This document shows, piece by piece, positions 37,286-45,931 of a DNA stretch of 64,000 bases. The notes below the pieces were generated by a model, which saw only the letters and a program-made list of their open reading frames with translations, was not told the origin of the DNA and searched no databases. Origin of the DNA: an uncultured Anaerotruncus sp. (lineage in GTDB: Bacteria > Bacillota > Clostridia > Oscillospirales > CAG-272); NCBI GenBank assembly GCA_902461815.1, contig CABPZE010000002.1, positions 187,177 to 251,176 of the forward strand, read 5' to 3'. Both the position numbers and the translations under genes were made by a program. Every line of letters begins with the position of its first letter. Position 1 is the first letter of the stretch.

Positions 37286-38206
37286 TTATTCAGCCGGACG
37301 GTCCTTTTCTGCCAGGTGGCGGAAAAGATCGGCATATATCGGGTCGCGGCGGATCTTTCTTATGTAAACATAATGCGCTCTTGCCGCGTCAAAAGCGTAA
37401 CGGCAGTCAGATGTCACGTACGGACGCGGAATGGCAACCATCTCAAGAGCCTCGGGTCTGGTTATGCAGGCAACTGCGGTCACATCCCAGATAACCTTTG
37501 ACCATCCGTAAGGATTCTTTGTATATGCCGCGGTAATATCGCAAAGATAATTGCAAAGCTCGTTTTTGCCGCGCAGATAATACTCCACCTCGGGAATGGT
37601 CGTGATAAAGGAGCTGCACACTCCGTCGCAGGGTATCTGAACCAGCGGAATTCCCGAATCAAATACCACCTGAGCCGCCGGAATATCCTGCTTCAGATTG
37701 AATTCCCGGGTATCGGGGCGCTCAAGGGCGTGTCCGCCCAGCCACACCACCACCGCGCGGTCGCATATGGCAGGCTCCTTTACGATTGCGGACGCCACAT
37801 TGGTTATCGCGCCGAGCGCAACTATCCATACGCGCTCCTCGCTCTCCATGACGGTGCGCACGATATTGTCGCAGGCGTCGGAGGGAACGTACTCGCTCTT
37901 TGAGGTCATAAACCGCTCAGAACCGCGGTAAACCGGGATGCGCTTTGCCATTTCGGGGTCGGTAAGAGCGGTTATATGAAAGATCTCATTATAGCTCTTT
38001 TCCATTCCGTCGCCCGCCGACACGGAGCGGCTGTTAAGGAAGGGGGCTGCGTTAATTGACAGCAGATTCACCTTGTCACCCGACAGCATGGAGTATGCTA
38101 TTGCGTACTGGTCATCGACCTCGTTATATGCGTCGGTATCAAGTATAATGTTCTTTTGTGCGCCGTTTTTAAGCTCGGCAATGATCTCGTTTGCGTTTAT
38201 TTTCAT
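37286..38206 (-). CDS. nucleoside hydrolase (IU-NH family)
   Basis: IILDTDAYNEVDDQYAI is the DxDxxxDD motif. ATG 38206 (MKINANE) is better spaced from the AGGAG RBS than the track's TTG 38215. Confidence 0.8.
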   Translation of the reverse strand: MKINANEIIAELKNGAQKNIILDTDAYNEVDDQYAIAYSMLSGDKVNLLSINAAPFLNSRSVSAGDGMEKSYNEIFHITALTDPEMAKRIPVYRGSERFMTSKSEYVPSDACDNIVRTVMESEERVWIVALGAITNVASAIVKEPAICDRAVVVWLGGHALERPDTREFNLKQDIPAAQVVFDSGIPLVQIPCDGVCSSFITTIPEVEYYLRGKNELCNYLCDITAAYTKNPYGWSKVIWDVTAVACITRPEALEMVAIPRPYVTSDCRYAFDAARAHYVYIRKIRRDPIYADLFRHLAEKDRPAE

Positions 38207-38224
38207 CTTAGACAATGCTCCTGA

Positions 38225-38422
38225 TTATTTTTCCTTATAATAAAGCATACAATGGCAGTAACCCTCAAAATCAGGGTCCTTGACCTGCTCGCGGAATTCG
38301 CGGCACATACATTTTGTGTCCTCACTGCGCTCGCGCACACAAGGGCAGTAGCCGCCGGTCCGTTTGAGTCCTTCCTTCACCGTTGCCACGACCTCGGCGT
38401 TTTCATTAAGTCTTATTTTCAT
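38225..38422 (-). CDS. ferredoxin-thioredoxin reductase catalytic-subunit-like mini-protein (65 aa)
   Basis: Three CxC pairs: CPC (26-28), CMC (38-40), CHC (56-58). The ATG overlaps the trxA stop (4-nt overlap). Confidence 0.65.
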   Translation of the reverse strand: MKIRLNENAEVVATVKEGLKRTGGYCPCVRERSEDTKCMCREFREQVKDPDFEGYCHCMLYYKEK

Positions 38423-38736
38423 TTCAATGCATCCTCAATGAGCTTAAGCACTCCTGCCTTGTCGCGGTAGCCGCTCGCCGACACAAGAAGCTTGCCGTCT
38501 TTTATGACCGCAAGGGTGGGAATATATTTTACGGAGAAACGCGCGGCAAGCGCCGGCTCGTCATCCACATTGACCTTGCACACGGTGATGTCGGGTCTTT
38601 CCTCTGCGATCTCGGCGATCACGGGGGCTATCATCTTGCACGGACCGCACCATGTCGCCCAGAAATCAATAAGCACGACGCCCTTTGCGTCCGCCACTAC
38701 TTTTTCATATGCTCCGGAAGTAAGATTTATTTCCAT
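38419..38736 (-). CDS. trxA: thioredoxin
   Basis: Internal ATG 38736 gives 105 aa with FWATWCGPCK. The track ORF is over-extended. Confidence 0.92.
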   Translation of the reverse strand: MEINLTSGAYEKVVADAKGVVLIDFWATWCGPCKMIAPVIAEIAEERPDITVCKVNVDDEPALAARFSVKYIPTLAVIKDGKLLVSASGYRDKAGVLKLIEDALK

Positions 38737-38873
38737 TTTGAAACCGTTCCTTTCTTGGTTTATTATTACGATTTTATTATACAACAAAAAGAACACCCGT
38801 GCAACACTTTTTTTATTATTTTACAATTCGACGCTCTTATTTGGGCATAAAGTATTAAGATTTTATTTTTCTA

Positions 38874-38923
38874 TTGACAAAAATCCATGGAAATGATAAA
38901 CTATATTCAGCATATGTTATAAT
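38874..38923 (+). promoter_or_regulatory. promoter region of the surface protein gene (two alternative -10 elements)
   Basis: TTGACA (38874-38879), 17 nt, TAAACT (38897-38902). Also an extended -10 TGtTATAAT at 38915-38923. Confidence 0.55.
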
Positions 38924-38949
38924 GCATTTTCAAAGAAAGGAACCCCGCC

Positions 38950-40638
38950 ATGAAAAAAGTTTTGTCTCTCATTCTCACACTGACACTGCTCGTCTCCATG
39001 GTCTGCATCGGCACGATCGGAGCATCGGCAAACGATCTCTCCAAGACCTATGATGCTGCTGCCGACGGCGATCTGCTTTACGAAGCAAAATTCGGCGAGA
39101 CCAGCGGCGTTTATCAGCCCTACATATTCGGCGCAGGTAAGGAAGAGCACGCCAAGAACCTTGTCGTAACTCCTTCTGCCGACGGCACCGAAGTGTCCTT
39201 TGTCCCCTACTCAGGCTCTTCCGGCAGAGTATTCTACGGAGGAAAAGTTGACGGTCTTACCCTTGGGGCTGACAAGAAGTACACTATCGAACTGGAAATG
39301 AAGTTCCCGACCGGCAACGCCGGATTCTTCTTCAACATCGGTTCTCCCGTTGCCTACGACCCCGCCTCCACAGACGGAAACAAGGCAATGACCTCCGACC
39401 TTGAATACTACAAGTTCTTCGGTCTCTACGGTCAGACTAAGACCGAGGGAGCATGCTTCACCATGTCCCCTGCTGCAGGCGGCAAGATGCCCGGCGAGTT
39501 TGTTTCCGATCCCACCGCTTACACCAACATTCCTGACGCCGCACGCGTCGGCAACGAGGTGTACACCAACGTCAGAGTTGAGATCGACGGCTACTTCTAT
39601 GCCGTATATCTCAACGACGCGCTTTACGACCAGACGACCATCAACCCCTCTGTCGTAAATGACGCTCCCAATCTTGCTATCACATTCTACTTTTATAATC
39701 CTACCGCCACACTCAGCGCCAGGAACGTAAAGATATACAAGGGCACTCGCACCGGTGCCGTCTCCGTCCGTGAGGACGCTGCCAACCAGCTGCTCGTTTC
39801 CTATGAAGCCGCCAAGATGGGCGAAAAGCTCTACGACTTCAACTTTGCCGCCACCACCGGTGTATATACCCCCAAGAAGCTTCAGGAGACCACCGGAAAA
39901 GCTCCCACTACCGTTACGATCTCCGACGACGGCAAGTCCGTGACCCTTACCAAGGGAGCGGGAAGCGGCGCAGCTTATTACTGGGGCAGCAATGTCCACG
40001 GTCTTAAGATCAGCGACACCACCAAATACACCTTCACATACAAGGTAAAAACAGTCGGTAAGACAGCCGCCGGTATCGGCTTCAACCTCAGTTGGCCCTA
40101 CACCACCGACGCTAATTATGCTACACGTCTTAACTTCTACGGCAACTTTAACGACCTCAGCACCACCCTCGGTATGAAATTTGCAAACCATGGCACCAAC
40201 CTTGACGGTCAGAACTACACCGACCTTGCATACGACCTGTTCAGCCCGATGGTTGACGCCGATGGCTTTACCGATGTCGTCATCGAGCTTGACGGTTACA
40301 ATGCCGCCCTTTACATTGCCGACGCCACCAAGAACGGCGAGCTGACCCTGTTCAGATCCGTCGCCCTTACCGCCGATAATTACAAAAAGGCTGATGACGT
40401 TGCTCTGTGGCTCTACATCTATAACGGAGAGCGCGAGATCACACTTAAGGATTGCTCGCTCTACAAGGGTCTGACCGTAAGCGAAACTTACCCCGACGAT
40501 CCCGGCACGACCGAGACTCCCATTGATCCTCCTTCTCCCTCCACCGGCGACTTCAGCTTTGCTGTTGCCGTTGCAGTCGCTTCTGTCGCTCTCATTTCCC
40601 TTGCGGCAGTTGTCGTTCTGAGAAAGAAAGAAAACTGA
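38950..40638 (+). CDS. cell-wall-sorted surface protein with two paralogous ~250-aa domains; SPSTG sorting signal
   Basis: Signal peptide MKKVLSLILTLTLLVSMVCIGTIGASA. Internal duplication: YDAAADGDLLYEAKFGETSGVY... matches YEAAKMGEKLYDFNFAATTGVY..., VEIDGYFYAVYLND matches IELDGYNAALYIAD, and NVKIYKG matches DCSLYKG. C-terminus is SPSTG (40534-40548) plus a hydrophobic helix plus RKKEN. Confidence 0.75.
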   Translation: MKKVLSLILTLTLLVSMVCIGTIGASANDLSKTYDAAADGDLLYEAKFGETSGVYQPYIFGAGKEEHAKNLVVTPSADGTEVSFVPYSGSSGRVFYGGKVDGLTLGADKKYTIELEMKFPTGNAGFFFNIGSPVAYDPASTDGNKAMTSDLEYYKFFGLYGQTKTEGACFTMSPAAGGKMPGEFVSDPTAYTNIPDAARVGNEVYTNVRVEIDGYFYAVYLNDALYDQTTINPSVVNDAPNLAITFYFYNPTATLSARNVKIYKGTRTGAVSVREDAANQLLVSYEAAKMGEKLYDFNFAATTGVYTPKKLQETTGKAPTTVTISDDGKSVTLTKGAGSGAAYYWGSNVHGLKISDTTKYTFTYKVKTVGKTAAGIGFNLSWPYTTDANYATRLNFYGNFNDLSTTLGMKFANHGTNLDGQNYTDLAYDLFSPMVDADGFTDVVIELDGYNAALYIADATKNGELTLFRSVALTADNYKKADDVALWLYIYNGEREITLKDCSLYKGLTVSETYPDDPGTTETPIDPPSPSTGDFSFAVAVAVASVALISLAAVVVLRKKEN

Positions 40639-40671
40639 GCCTCACATCTTACTGAATAACCAATAACCCCA

Positions 40672-40710
40672 GGGGTGTTAAAAAATTCCTTCTGAATTTT
40701 TTAACACCCC
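40672..40710. repeat. perfect 16-bp inverted repeat (hairpin without U-tract)
   Basis: GGGGTGTTAAAAAATT-ccttctg-AATTTTTTAACACCCC, 33 nt after the surface-protein stop. Confidence 0.8.
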
Positions 40711-40725
40711 AAACGACATTGGTCT

Positions 40726-40749
40726 TGACGGCATAAAGCCGTCATTTTG
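40726..40749 (+). terminator. Rho-independent terminator of the surface protein gene
   Basis: Stem TGACGGC-ataaa-GCCGTCA, then TTTTG. Confidence 0.7.
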
Positions 40750-40839
40750 CCACAGCATTCACCCGAATTCAGACAAGATCAAGGGCAAAACCGACCAAGA
40801 TCGCCGTAAAATGCAGGATTCCCGACCGACATTTTACGA

Positions 40840-40873
40840 GGGCTGTAAATTACATCGAGTTTTTTTACAGCCC
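40840..40873. terminator. hairpin next to the stop of the sugar dehydrogenase gene (possible bidirectional terminator)
   Basis: Stem GGGCTGTAAA / TTTACAGCCC. On the plus strand it is followed by CTTGTTTTT, on the minus strand by a weaker TCGTAAAATG. Confidence 0.5.
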
Positions 40874-40881
40874 CTTGTTTT

Positions 40882-42192
40882 TCACAGCCGCCAGTACAGA
40901 TATCCCGCCGCCTCGTATTCGCTCCGGCTGAATATCCCCTTTACATCAATAAGCACCCGTCTGCCGTCGCCGAAAAAAGCTCCGACCTCTTTTATACTCA
41001 TTTCGGCAAATTCCCGGTGTGAGACGGCAAAGATCACGGCGTCCATATTGCGCACCGATCCCATACCGGTAAATTCCACACCGTAAAGCCGCCGCGCCTC
41101 GTCCGCGTCCGCCCACGGGTCGGAGATATACGGCTCGATTCCGTACTCACGAAGCTCATTTACAATATCAAACACCTTGGTGTTGCGCGTGTCGCGGCAG
41201 TTTTCCTTGAAGGTGAATCCCAGTACCGCGACCCTGGAGTTTTTCACCGGCTTTTCTGCCTTTATCAGGCTTTTCACCACGTTTTCGGCGATATATTTGC
41301 CCATTTCGTCATTGATGCGCCTGCCGGACAGAATTACCTGGCTGTGGTATCCCATCATGTCCGCTTTATATGTCAGATAGTACGGGTCCACTCCGATGCA
41401 GTGACCGCCGACAAGCCCCGGCGTGAACCTGAGAAAATTCCATTTTGTTCCTGCCGCCTCCAGCACCGACCTGGTGTCTATCCCCATCCTGTTGAAGATT
41501 ATTGACAGCTCGTTCATGAAAGCGATATTGATATCGCGCTGGCTGTTTTCTATCACCTTTGCAGCCTCGGCGACCATAATCGAGGGCGCGCGGTGAACGC
41601 CCGCCTCCACCACAAGCCCGTACACACGCGCCACTTCCTCAAGCGTTTCCGCGTCTGTACCCGAAACTATCTTTCTGATATTCTCAAGTCTGTGGACCTT
41701 GTCGCCGGGATTGATCCTCTCCGGGGAGTATCCCACCCTGAAATCCCTGCCGCATTCAAGCCCCGAGGAGTCTTCAAGCGCCGGAATACAAATCTCCTCG
41801 GTGACCCCGGGGTAGACGGTAGACTCAAAAACAACAATACTCCCCGGCACAAGATTTCTGCCGATCATGCGGCTGGCTTTCTCCACCGGCGCAAGGTCAG
41901 GCGTATGATCGTCGTGTACCGGTGTGGGAACGGCAACAATGTGGAAGCGCGCCTCACGCAGTCTCCGCTCGTCCGCGGTGAATTCGACCGTGCAGTCTCT
42001 TACAGCATCGTCCCCCACCTCCCCGGTCGGGTCAATGCCCGAATTATATGCCTCAATCTTGCTCTGATTCAGGTCAAAGCCGATAACTCTCAGCTTTTTT
42101 GAAAAAGCAACGGCGATCGGCATTCCGACATATCCAAGCCCGGTAACGGAAAGCGCTGCGTTTCCGGACAAAAGCTCATCGCACAGTGACAT
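40882..42192 (-). CDS. nucleotide-sugar dehydrogenase (UDP-glucose/GDP-mannose dehydrogenase family; TviB/WbpO-like UDP-HexNAc 6-dehydrogenase)
   Basis: 436 aa. Rossmann motif GLGYVGMPIAVAF and catalytic-Cys context GGHCIGVDPYYL. Confidence 0.8.
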   Translation of the reverse strand: MSLCDELLSGNAALSVTGLGYVGMPIAVAFSKKLRVIGFDLNQSKIEAYNSGIDPTGEVGDDAVRDCTVEFTADERRLREARFHIVAVPTPVHDDHTPDLAPVEKASRMIGRNLVPGSIVVFESTVYPGVTEEICIPALEDSSGLECGRDFRVGYSPERINPGDKVHRLENIRKIVSGTDAETLEEVARVYGLVVEAGVHRAPSIMVAEAAKVIENSQRDINIAFMNELSIIFNRMGIDTRSVLEAAGTKWNFLRFTPGLVGGHCIGVDPYYLTYKADMMGYHSQVILSGRRINDEMGKYIAENVVKSLIKAEKPVKNSRVAVLGFTFKENCRDTRNTKVFDIVNELREYGIEPYISDPWADADEARRLYGVEFTGMGSVRNMDAVIFAVSHREFAEMSIKEVGAFFGDGRRVLIDVKGIFSRSEYEAAGYLYWRL

Positions 42193-42395
42193 TTATTTGT
42201 GTGTTCCTTTCATTTGCAGTACTTACGGGAGCATAACTCCCGGCTTCCCTTTATTTTTGCCCGGAATCAATACAGCTCAAACATAAAATAAAATTTAGGC
42301 AAACAAAGCGGACACAATAACAGCGCAGAATGAGCGGAAAAATATAAAAACTCCACCCCAAGGAACACCGACCTGAAAAAAATTAAAAAAATCTA

Positions 42396-42424
42396 TTGCA
42401 AAAACGGTGCGGATATGATATAAT
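42396..42424 (+). promoter_or_regulatory. SigA-type promoter of tRNA-Thr
   Basis: TTGCAA (42396-42401), 17 nt, extended -10 TGaTATAAT (42416-42424). Confidence 0.75.
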
Positions 42425-42455
42425 ATATCGACGCATGGATCGCGTCTTGTAATAC

Positions 42456-42530
42456 GCTGGTGTGGCTCAGTGGCAGAGCAGTTGATTCGTAATCAACAGG
42501 TCGTGAGTTCGACCCTCACCACCAGCTCCA
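42456..42530 (+). tRNA. tRNA-Thr (anticodon CGT)
   Basis: Cloverleaf folded by hand: acceptor GCTGGTG/CACCAGC, D arm GCTC..GAGC, anticodon stem GTTGA/TCAAC with loop TTCGTAA, T arm GTGAG-TTCGACC-CTCAC, encoded CCA. Confidence 0.9.
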
Positions 42531-42573
42531 AAAATGACTGCCGGAAGCATTTGGCTTCCGGCAGTCATTTTTA
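42531..42573. terminator. bidirectional terminator between tRNA-Thr and lysA
   Basis: 15-bp stem ATGACTGCCGGAAGC / GCTTCCGGCAGTCAT flanked by AAAA and TTTT. Confidence 0.85.
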
Positions 42574-42601
42574 GTTTCACATTGTACCGCACAGGGCGGG
42601 A

Positions 42602-43897
42602 TCACATATCGTTTCTTACCAGATCCTCATAAGACTCGCGTCTGATGACAAGTGAATCCTCGCCGTTCTTCACCGAAACCACTGCGGGGCGCGGAATGCG
42701 GTTATAATTGCTCGCCATGGAGTAGTTGTACGCTCCGGTCACAAGAACCGCCAGTATATCTCCCCTCACAGGCTTCGGAATTCTGACGTTTTCCTGAAGC
42801 AGGTCACCGCTTTCGCAGCATCTTCCCGCGACTGTGCAGACAAAATCGGCACGTTCTGACATGCGCGAGGCAAGACACACCGTGTAATCGGACTTATAAA
42901 GCGCATATCTCGGATTGTCCGGCATACCGCCGTCTACCGAAGCATAGTTTCTGAATCCGGGTATCTCCTTGGTTCCGCCAACTCTGTAAAGCGTAAGGCA
43001 GGAATCCGCTACTATGCTTCTGCCCGGTTCCATAATGATACGCGGTCTTTTTATGCCGGAGCGTTCGACCTCACGGTCAATAAAAGCGGCAATGCGTCTT
43101 ATAAAATCGGCGTAATCAAGCTCCGGCTGGCTCTCGATGTACCGCACGCCAAATCCGCCGCCGAGATTCAGTATATCCGCCTCGTAGCCCAGCTTGTCCC
43201 GCACAGATGTGATGTATTTTATCATCAGCTCCGCGGCATCGCAGAAGGGCTTTATGTCGAATATCTGAGAGCCTATATGACAGTGAAATCCGTCAAGGCG
43301 GACATTTTTCTTTCCGAGAGTGTACTCGACCGCCATGTCCGCCTGCCCGGTCTCTATCGGGATGCCGAACTTGCTGTCCACCTTTCCGGTCGATATTGCC
43401 GCGTGGGTGTGCGGGTCGATTCCCGGAGTAAGCCGCAGAATTATCGGCTGGACGATTCCTTTTTTACCGGCGTATTCGTCAATACGGTCAAGCTCGGTCA
43501 GATTGTCAACCACAAAGTGACCGACTCCGCTGTCAATACCGTAAGCAATATCCTCGTCGGTTTTATTGTTGCCGTGGAAAAATGAATTTGAAACATCAAA
43601 GCCCGCCGCGAGCGCGGTGTAAAGCTCACCGGGAGATACGATATCAATACCTATCTTCTCTTCCCGGGCGATCCTGTAAATATACTTACAGGAAAAAGCC
43701 TTGCTTGCGAAGAGGGGATACGAACCCTCTCCGAAGTATTTTTTCATCGCGTCCTTATATATGCGGCAGTTCCTTCTTATCCGCTCCTCGTCCATTACCA
43801 TCAGCGGCGTGCCGTATTTTTCAGCGAGCGACACCGTATCACAACCGGCAATCGTGAGGTGGTCTTTTTCGTTTATTCCAAGATTTTTGTGCAGCAT
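42602..43897 (-). CDS. lysA: diaminopimelate decarboxylase
   Basis: 431 aa containing GGGFGVRY and the CESGD motif. Confidence 0.92.
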   Translation of the reverse strand: MLHKNLGINEKDHLTIAGCDTVSLAEKYGTPLMVMDEERIRRNCRIYKDAMKKYFGEGSYPLFASKAFSCKYIYRIAREEKIGIDIVSPGELYTALAAGFDVSNSFFHGNNKTDEDIAYGIDSGVGHFVVDNLTELDRIDEYAGKKGIVQPIILRLTPGIDPHTHAAISTGKVDSKFGIPIETGQADMAVEYTLGKKNVRLDGFHCHIGSQIFDIKPFCDAAELMIKYITSVRDKLGYEADILNLGGGFGVRYIESQPELDYADFIRRIAAFIDREVERSGIKRPRIIMEPGRSIVADSCLTLYRVGGTKEIPGFRNYASVDGGMPDNPRYALYKSDYTVCLASRMSERADFVCTVAGRCCESGDLLQENVRIPKPVRGDILAVLVTGAYNYSMASNYNRIPRPAVVSVKNGEDSLVIRRESYEDLVRNDM

Positions 43898-43917
43898 TTC
43901 CTGAACTTTTCCTTTGC

Positions 43918-45096
43918 TTAAAGTAGGGTTTTAAGCCTTTCGGCGGCTTCCTCCGTATTGCTTCTGTCGCCGAAAGCGGTCAGGCGGAAATATCCCTCAC
44001 CTGCCGCGCCGAAGCCCTCGCCCGGCGTTCCCACCACCTGAATACGGTTCAGAAGGTAGTCGAAAAATTCCCATGAGCCCATTCCGCCCGGGCATTTCAT
44101 CCAGATATACGGTGAATTCTTACCGCCGGTAAACCATACGCCCCTCAACTCAAGCGCGGAAGCAATGATCTGCGCATTTTTCTTGTAATAACCGATAAGC
44201 TCGCGGCACTCCGCTTCACCCTCGGGGCTGAGAGAGGCTTCCGCCCCGCGCTGCACCACATAAGGCACTCCGTTGAACTTTGTCGCCTGACGGCGCGCCC
44301 AAAGCTTTCCGAGCTTCACTCCTCCCGACTCAAGCTCCTCCGGAACTATCGTCCAGCCGCAGCGTGTTCCGGTAAATCCGGCACGCTTTGAAAGGGAGTT
44401 TATCTCTATTGCACATTCTCTTGCACCCGGTATCTCATATACCGAACGCGGGTAGTCGCCGTCAATATAGCTCTCGTATGCGGAATCAAATATTATAAGA
44501 GAACCGCTTCTCAGTGCATAATTTATCCATTCGGCAAGCCCCTCGCGCGTATACACCGCACCGGTGGGATTGTTGGGCGAGCAGAGATAGATCACATAGG
44601 TCGTGTCACCCTCCGGAGGCGCGGGCAGAAAATTATTCTCCGCGTCGGCATTTATAAGGGTTATCTCCCTGCCGCACATAAGATTGCTGTCAACATAAAC
44701 GGGATAGACCGGGCTTGGGATGAGTATCTTGTTGTCGCCGAGAATATCCGTTATATTTCCAAGGTCGCTTTTCGCTCCGTCGCCAACATATATTTCATCG
44801 GCGGAAATACTGACCCCACGCCGGGAGTAGTAGTCGGATACAGCCGCTCTTATAAAATCGTACCCGTATTCCGGGGCGTAGCCGCGGAAGCTCTGCTTCT
44901 CGCTCTGCTCCGCCACAGCCTTCTGCATCGCCCTTGTCACGCACGGTGTAAGCGGAAGGGTAACGTCGCCGATCCCCAACCTGATTATCTTTTTTCCGGG
45001 ATTGGCAGCCTGATACGCGTTCGCCTTTTTGGCAATATCGCTGAAAAGGTAGCTTTCTTTTATTCTTCCGAAATTGTCATTCAGCCTGATCTTCAT
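43918..45096 (-). CDS. dapL: LL-diaminopimelate aminotransferase
   Basis: MKIRLNDNFGRIKESYLFSDIAKK...IIRLGIGDVTLPL is typical of DapL. The GGAG RBS favours ATG 45096 over the track start 45114. Confidence 0.85.
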   Translation of the reverse strand: MKIRLNDNFGRIKESYLFSDIAKKANAYQAANPGKKIIRLGIGDVTLPLTPCVTRAMQKAVAEQSEKQSFRGYAPEYGYDFIRAAVSDYYSRRGVSISADEIYVGDGAKSDLGNITDILGDNKILIPSPVYPVYVDSNLMCGREITLINADAENNFLPAPPEGDTTYVIYLCSPNNPTGAVYTREGLAEWINYALRSGSLIIFDSAYESYIDGDYPRSVYEIPGARECAIEINSLSKRAGFTGTRCGWTIVPEELESGGVKLGKLWARRQATKFNGVPYVVQRGAEASLSPEGEAECRELIGYYKKNAQIIASALELRGVWFTGGKNSPYIWMKCPGGMGSWEFFDYLLNRIQVVGTPGEGFGAAGEGYFRLTAFGDRSNTEEAAERLKTLL

Positions 45097-45931
45097 ATTC
45101 ATACACTCCATCATATACTTTAGTTGCCGGACCGCTCATAAACACCCGCATATCCCGGGTCACGGTTACAGTCAGCCTGCCGCCGACAAGAGCCACTTCG
45201 ATCGGCTCGTCATGATCGCAGTAGCCGTTCAGCACGGCAGCGACTGCCGACGCGCAAGCACCTGTCCCGCAGGCATAGGTCTCTCCGCTGCCGCGCTCCC
45301 ATACTCTCATGTACAGGCTGTTTCTGCCACGCACTTTTACAAATTCCGTATTCACCCTCTCCGGGAAAAGAGAGAAATTTTCAAAATCACTTCCGGTCTT
45401 TTCAAGCTCAAGGCTGTCCGGGTCGTCGCAGAAGATCACCTGGTGCGGATTTCCCATTGATACCGCCGTGATCCGGTACTCACCTCCGGCAATCACCACC
45501 GGAGCGTTTATCATCGGAGCATCCGCCAGCATCGGCAGGCTGCCCGGCGACGTCTCTGCCGTTCCCATATCCACCGTCACCGATGACACCTTGCCGTTTT
45601 CAACATTAAGCGTCAGATATCTTACGCCGCTTTTTGTCTCAATGCTGAGCTCTGTCTTGTCGGTCATACCGTTATCATATACATATTTTCCGATACACCG
45701 GATAGCGTTGCCGCACATATTTCCTTCCGAACCGTCAAGATTGAACATTCTCATTCTGAAATCGCAGTTATCCGAGCGGCATATGAGCACCAGCCCGTCG
45801 CTGCCGACCGAATAGTGTCTCGGTGACATTTTTGCCGAAAGCGCTCCGGGGTCTGCAATTTCTCCTTTGGTGCAATCAACATATATATAATCGTTGCCGC
45901 ACCCGTGCATTTTCGTAAAGCTTACCTTCAT
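45077..45931 (-). CDS. dapF: diaminopimelate epimerase
   Basis: 284 aa with two catalytic Cys contexts, GNMCGNAIRC and YACGTGACA. Confidence 0.92.
   Translation of the reverse strand: MKVSFTKMHGCGNDYIYVDCTKGEIADPGALSAKMSPRHYSVGSDGLVLICRSDNCDFRMRMFNLDGSEGNMCGNAIRCIGKYVYDNGMTDKTELSIETKSGVRYLTLNVENGKVSSVTVDMGTAETSPGSLPMLADAPMINAPVVIAGGEYRITAVSMGNPHQVIFCDDPDSLELEKTGSDFENFSLFPERVNTEFVKVRGRNSLYMRVWERGSGETYACGTGACASAVAAVLNGYCDHDEPIEVALVGGRLTVTVTRDMRVFMSGPATKVYDGVYEYEDQAE

Noticed and set aside
39211-40191. 326-aa minus-strand ORF antisense to the surface protein gene.
   Set aside because: The Gly/Val-rich translation mirrors the codon bias of the real plus-strand gene, which has a signal peptide, internal repeats and a sorting signal. 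No RBS or promoter.
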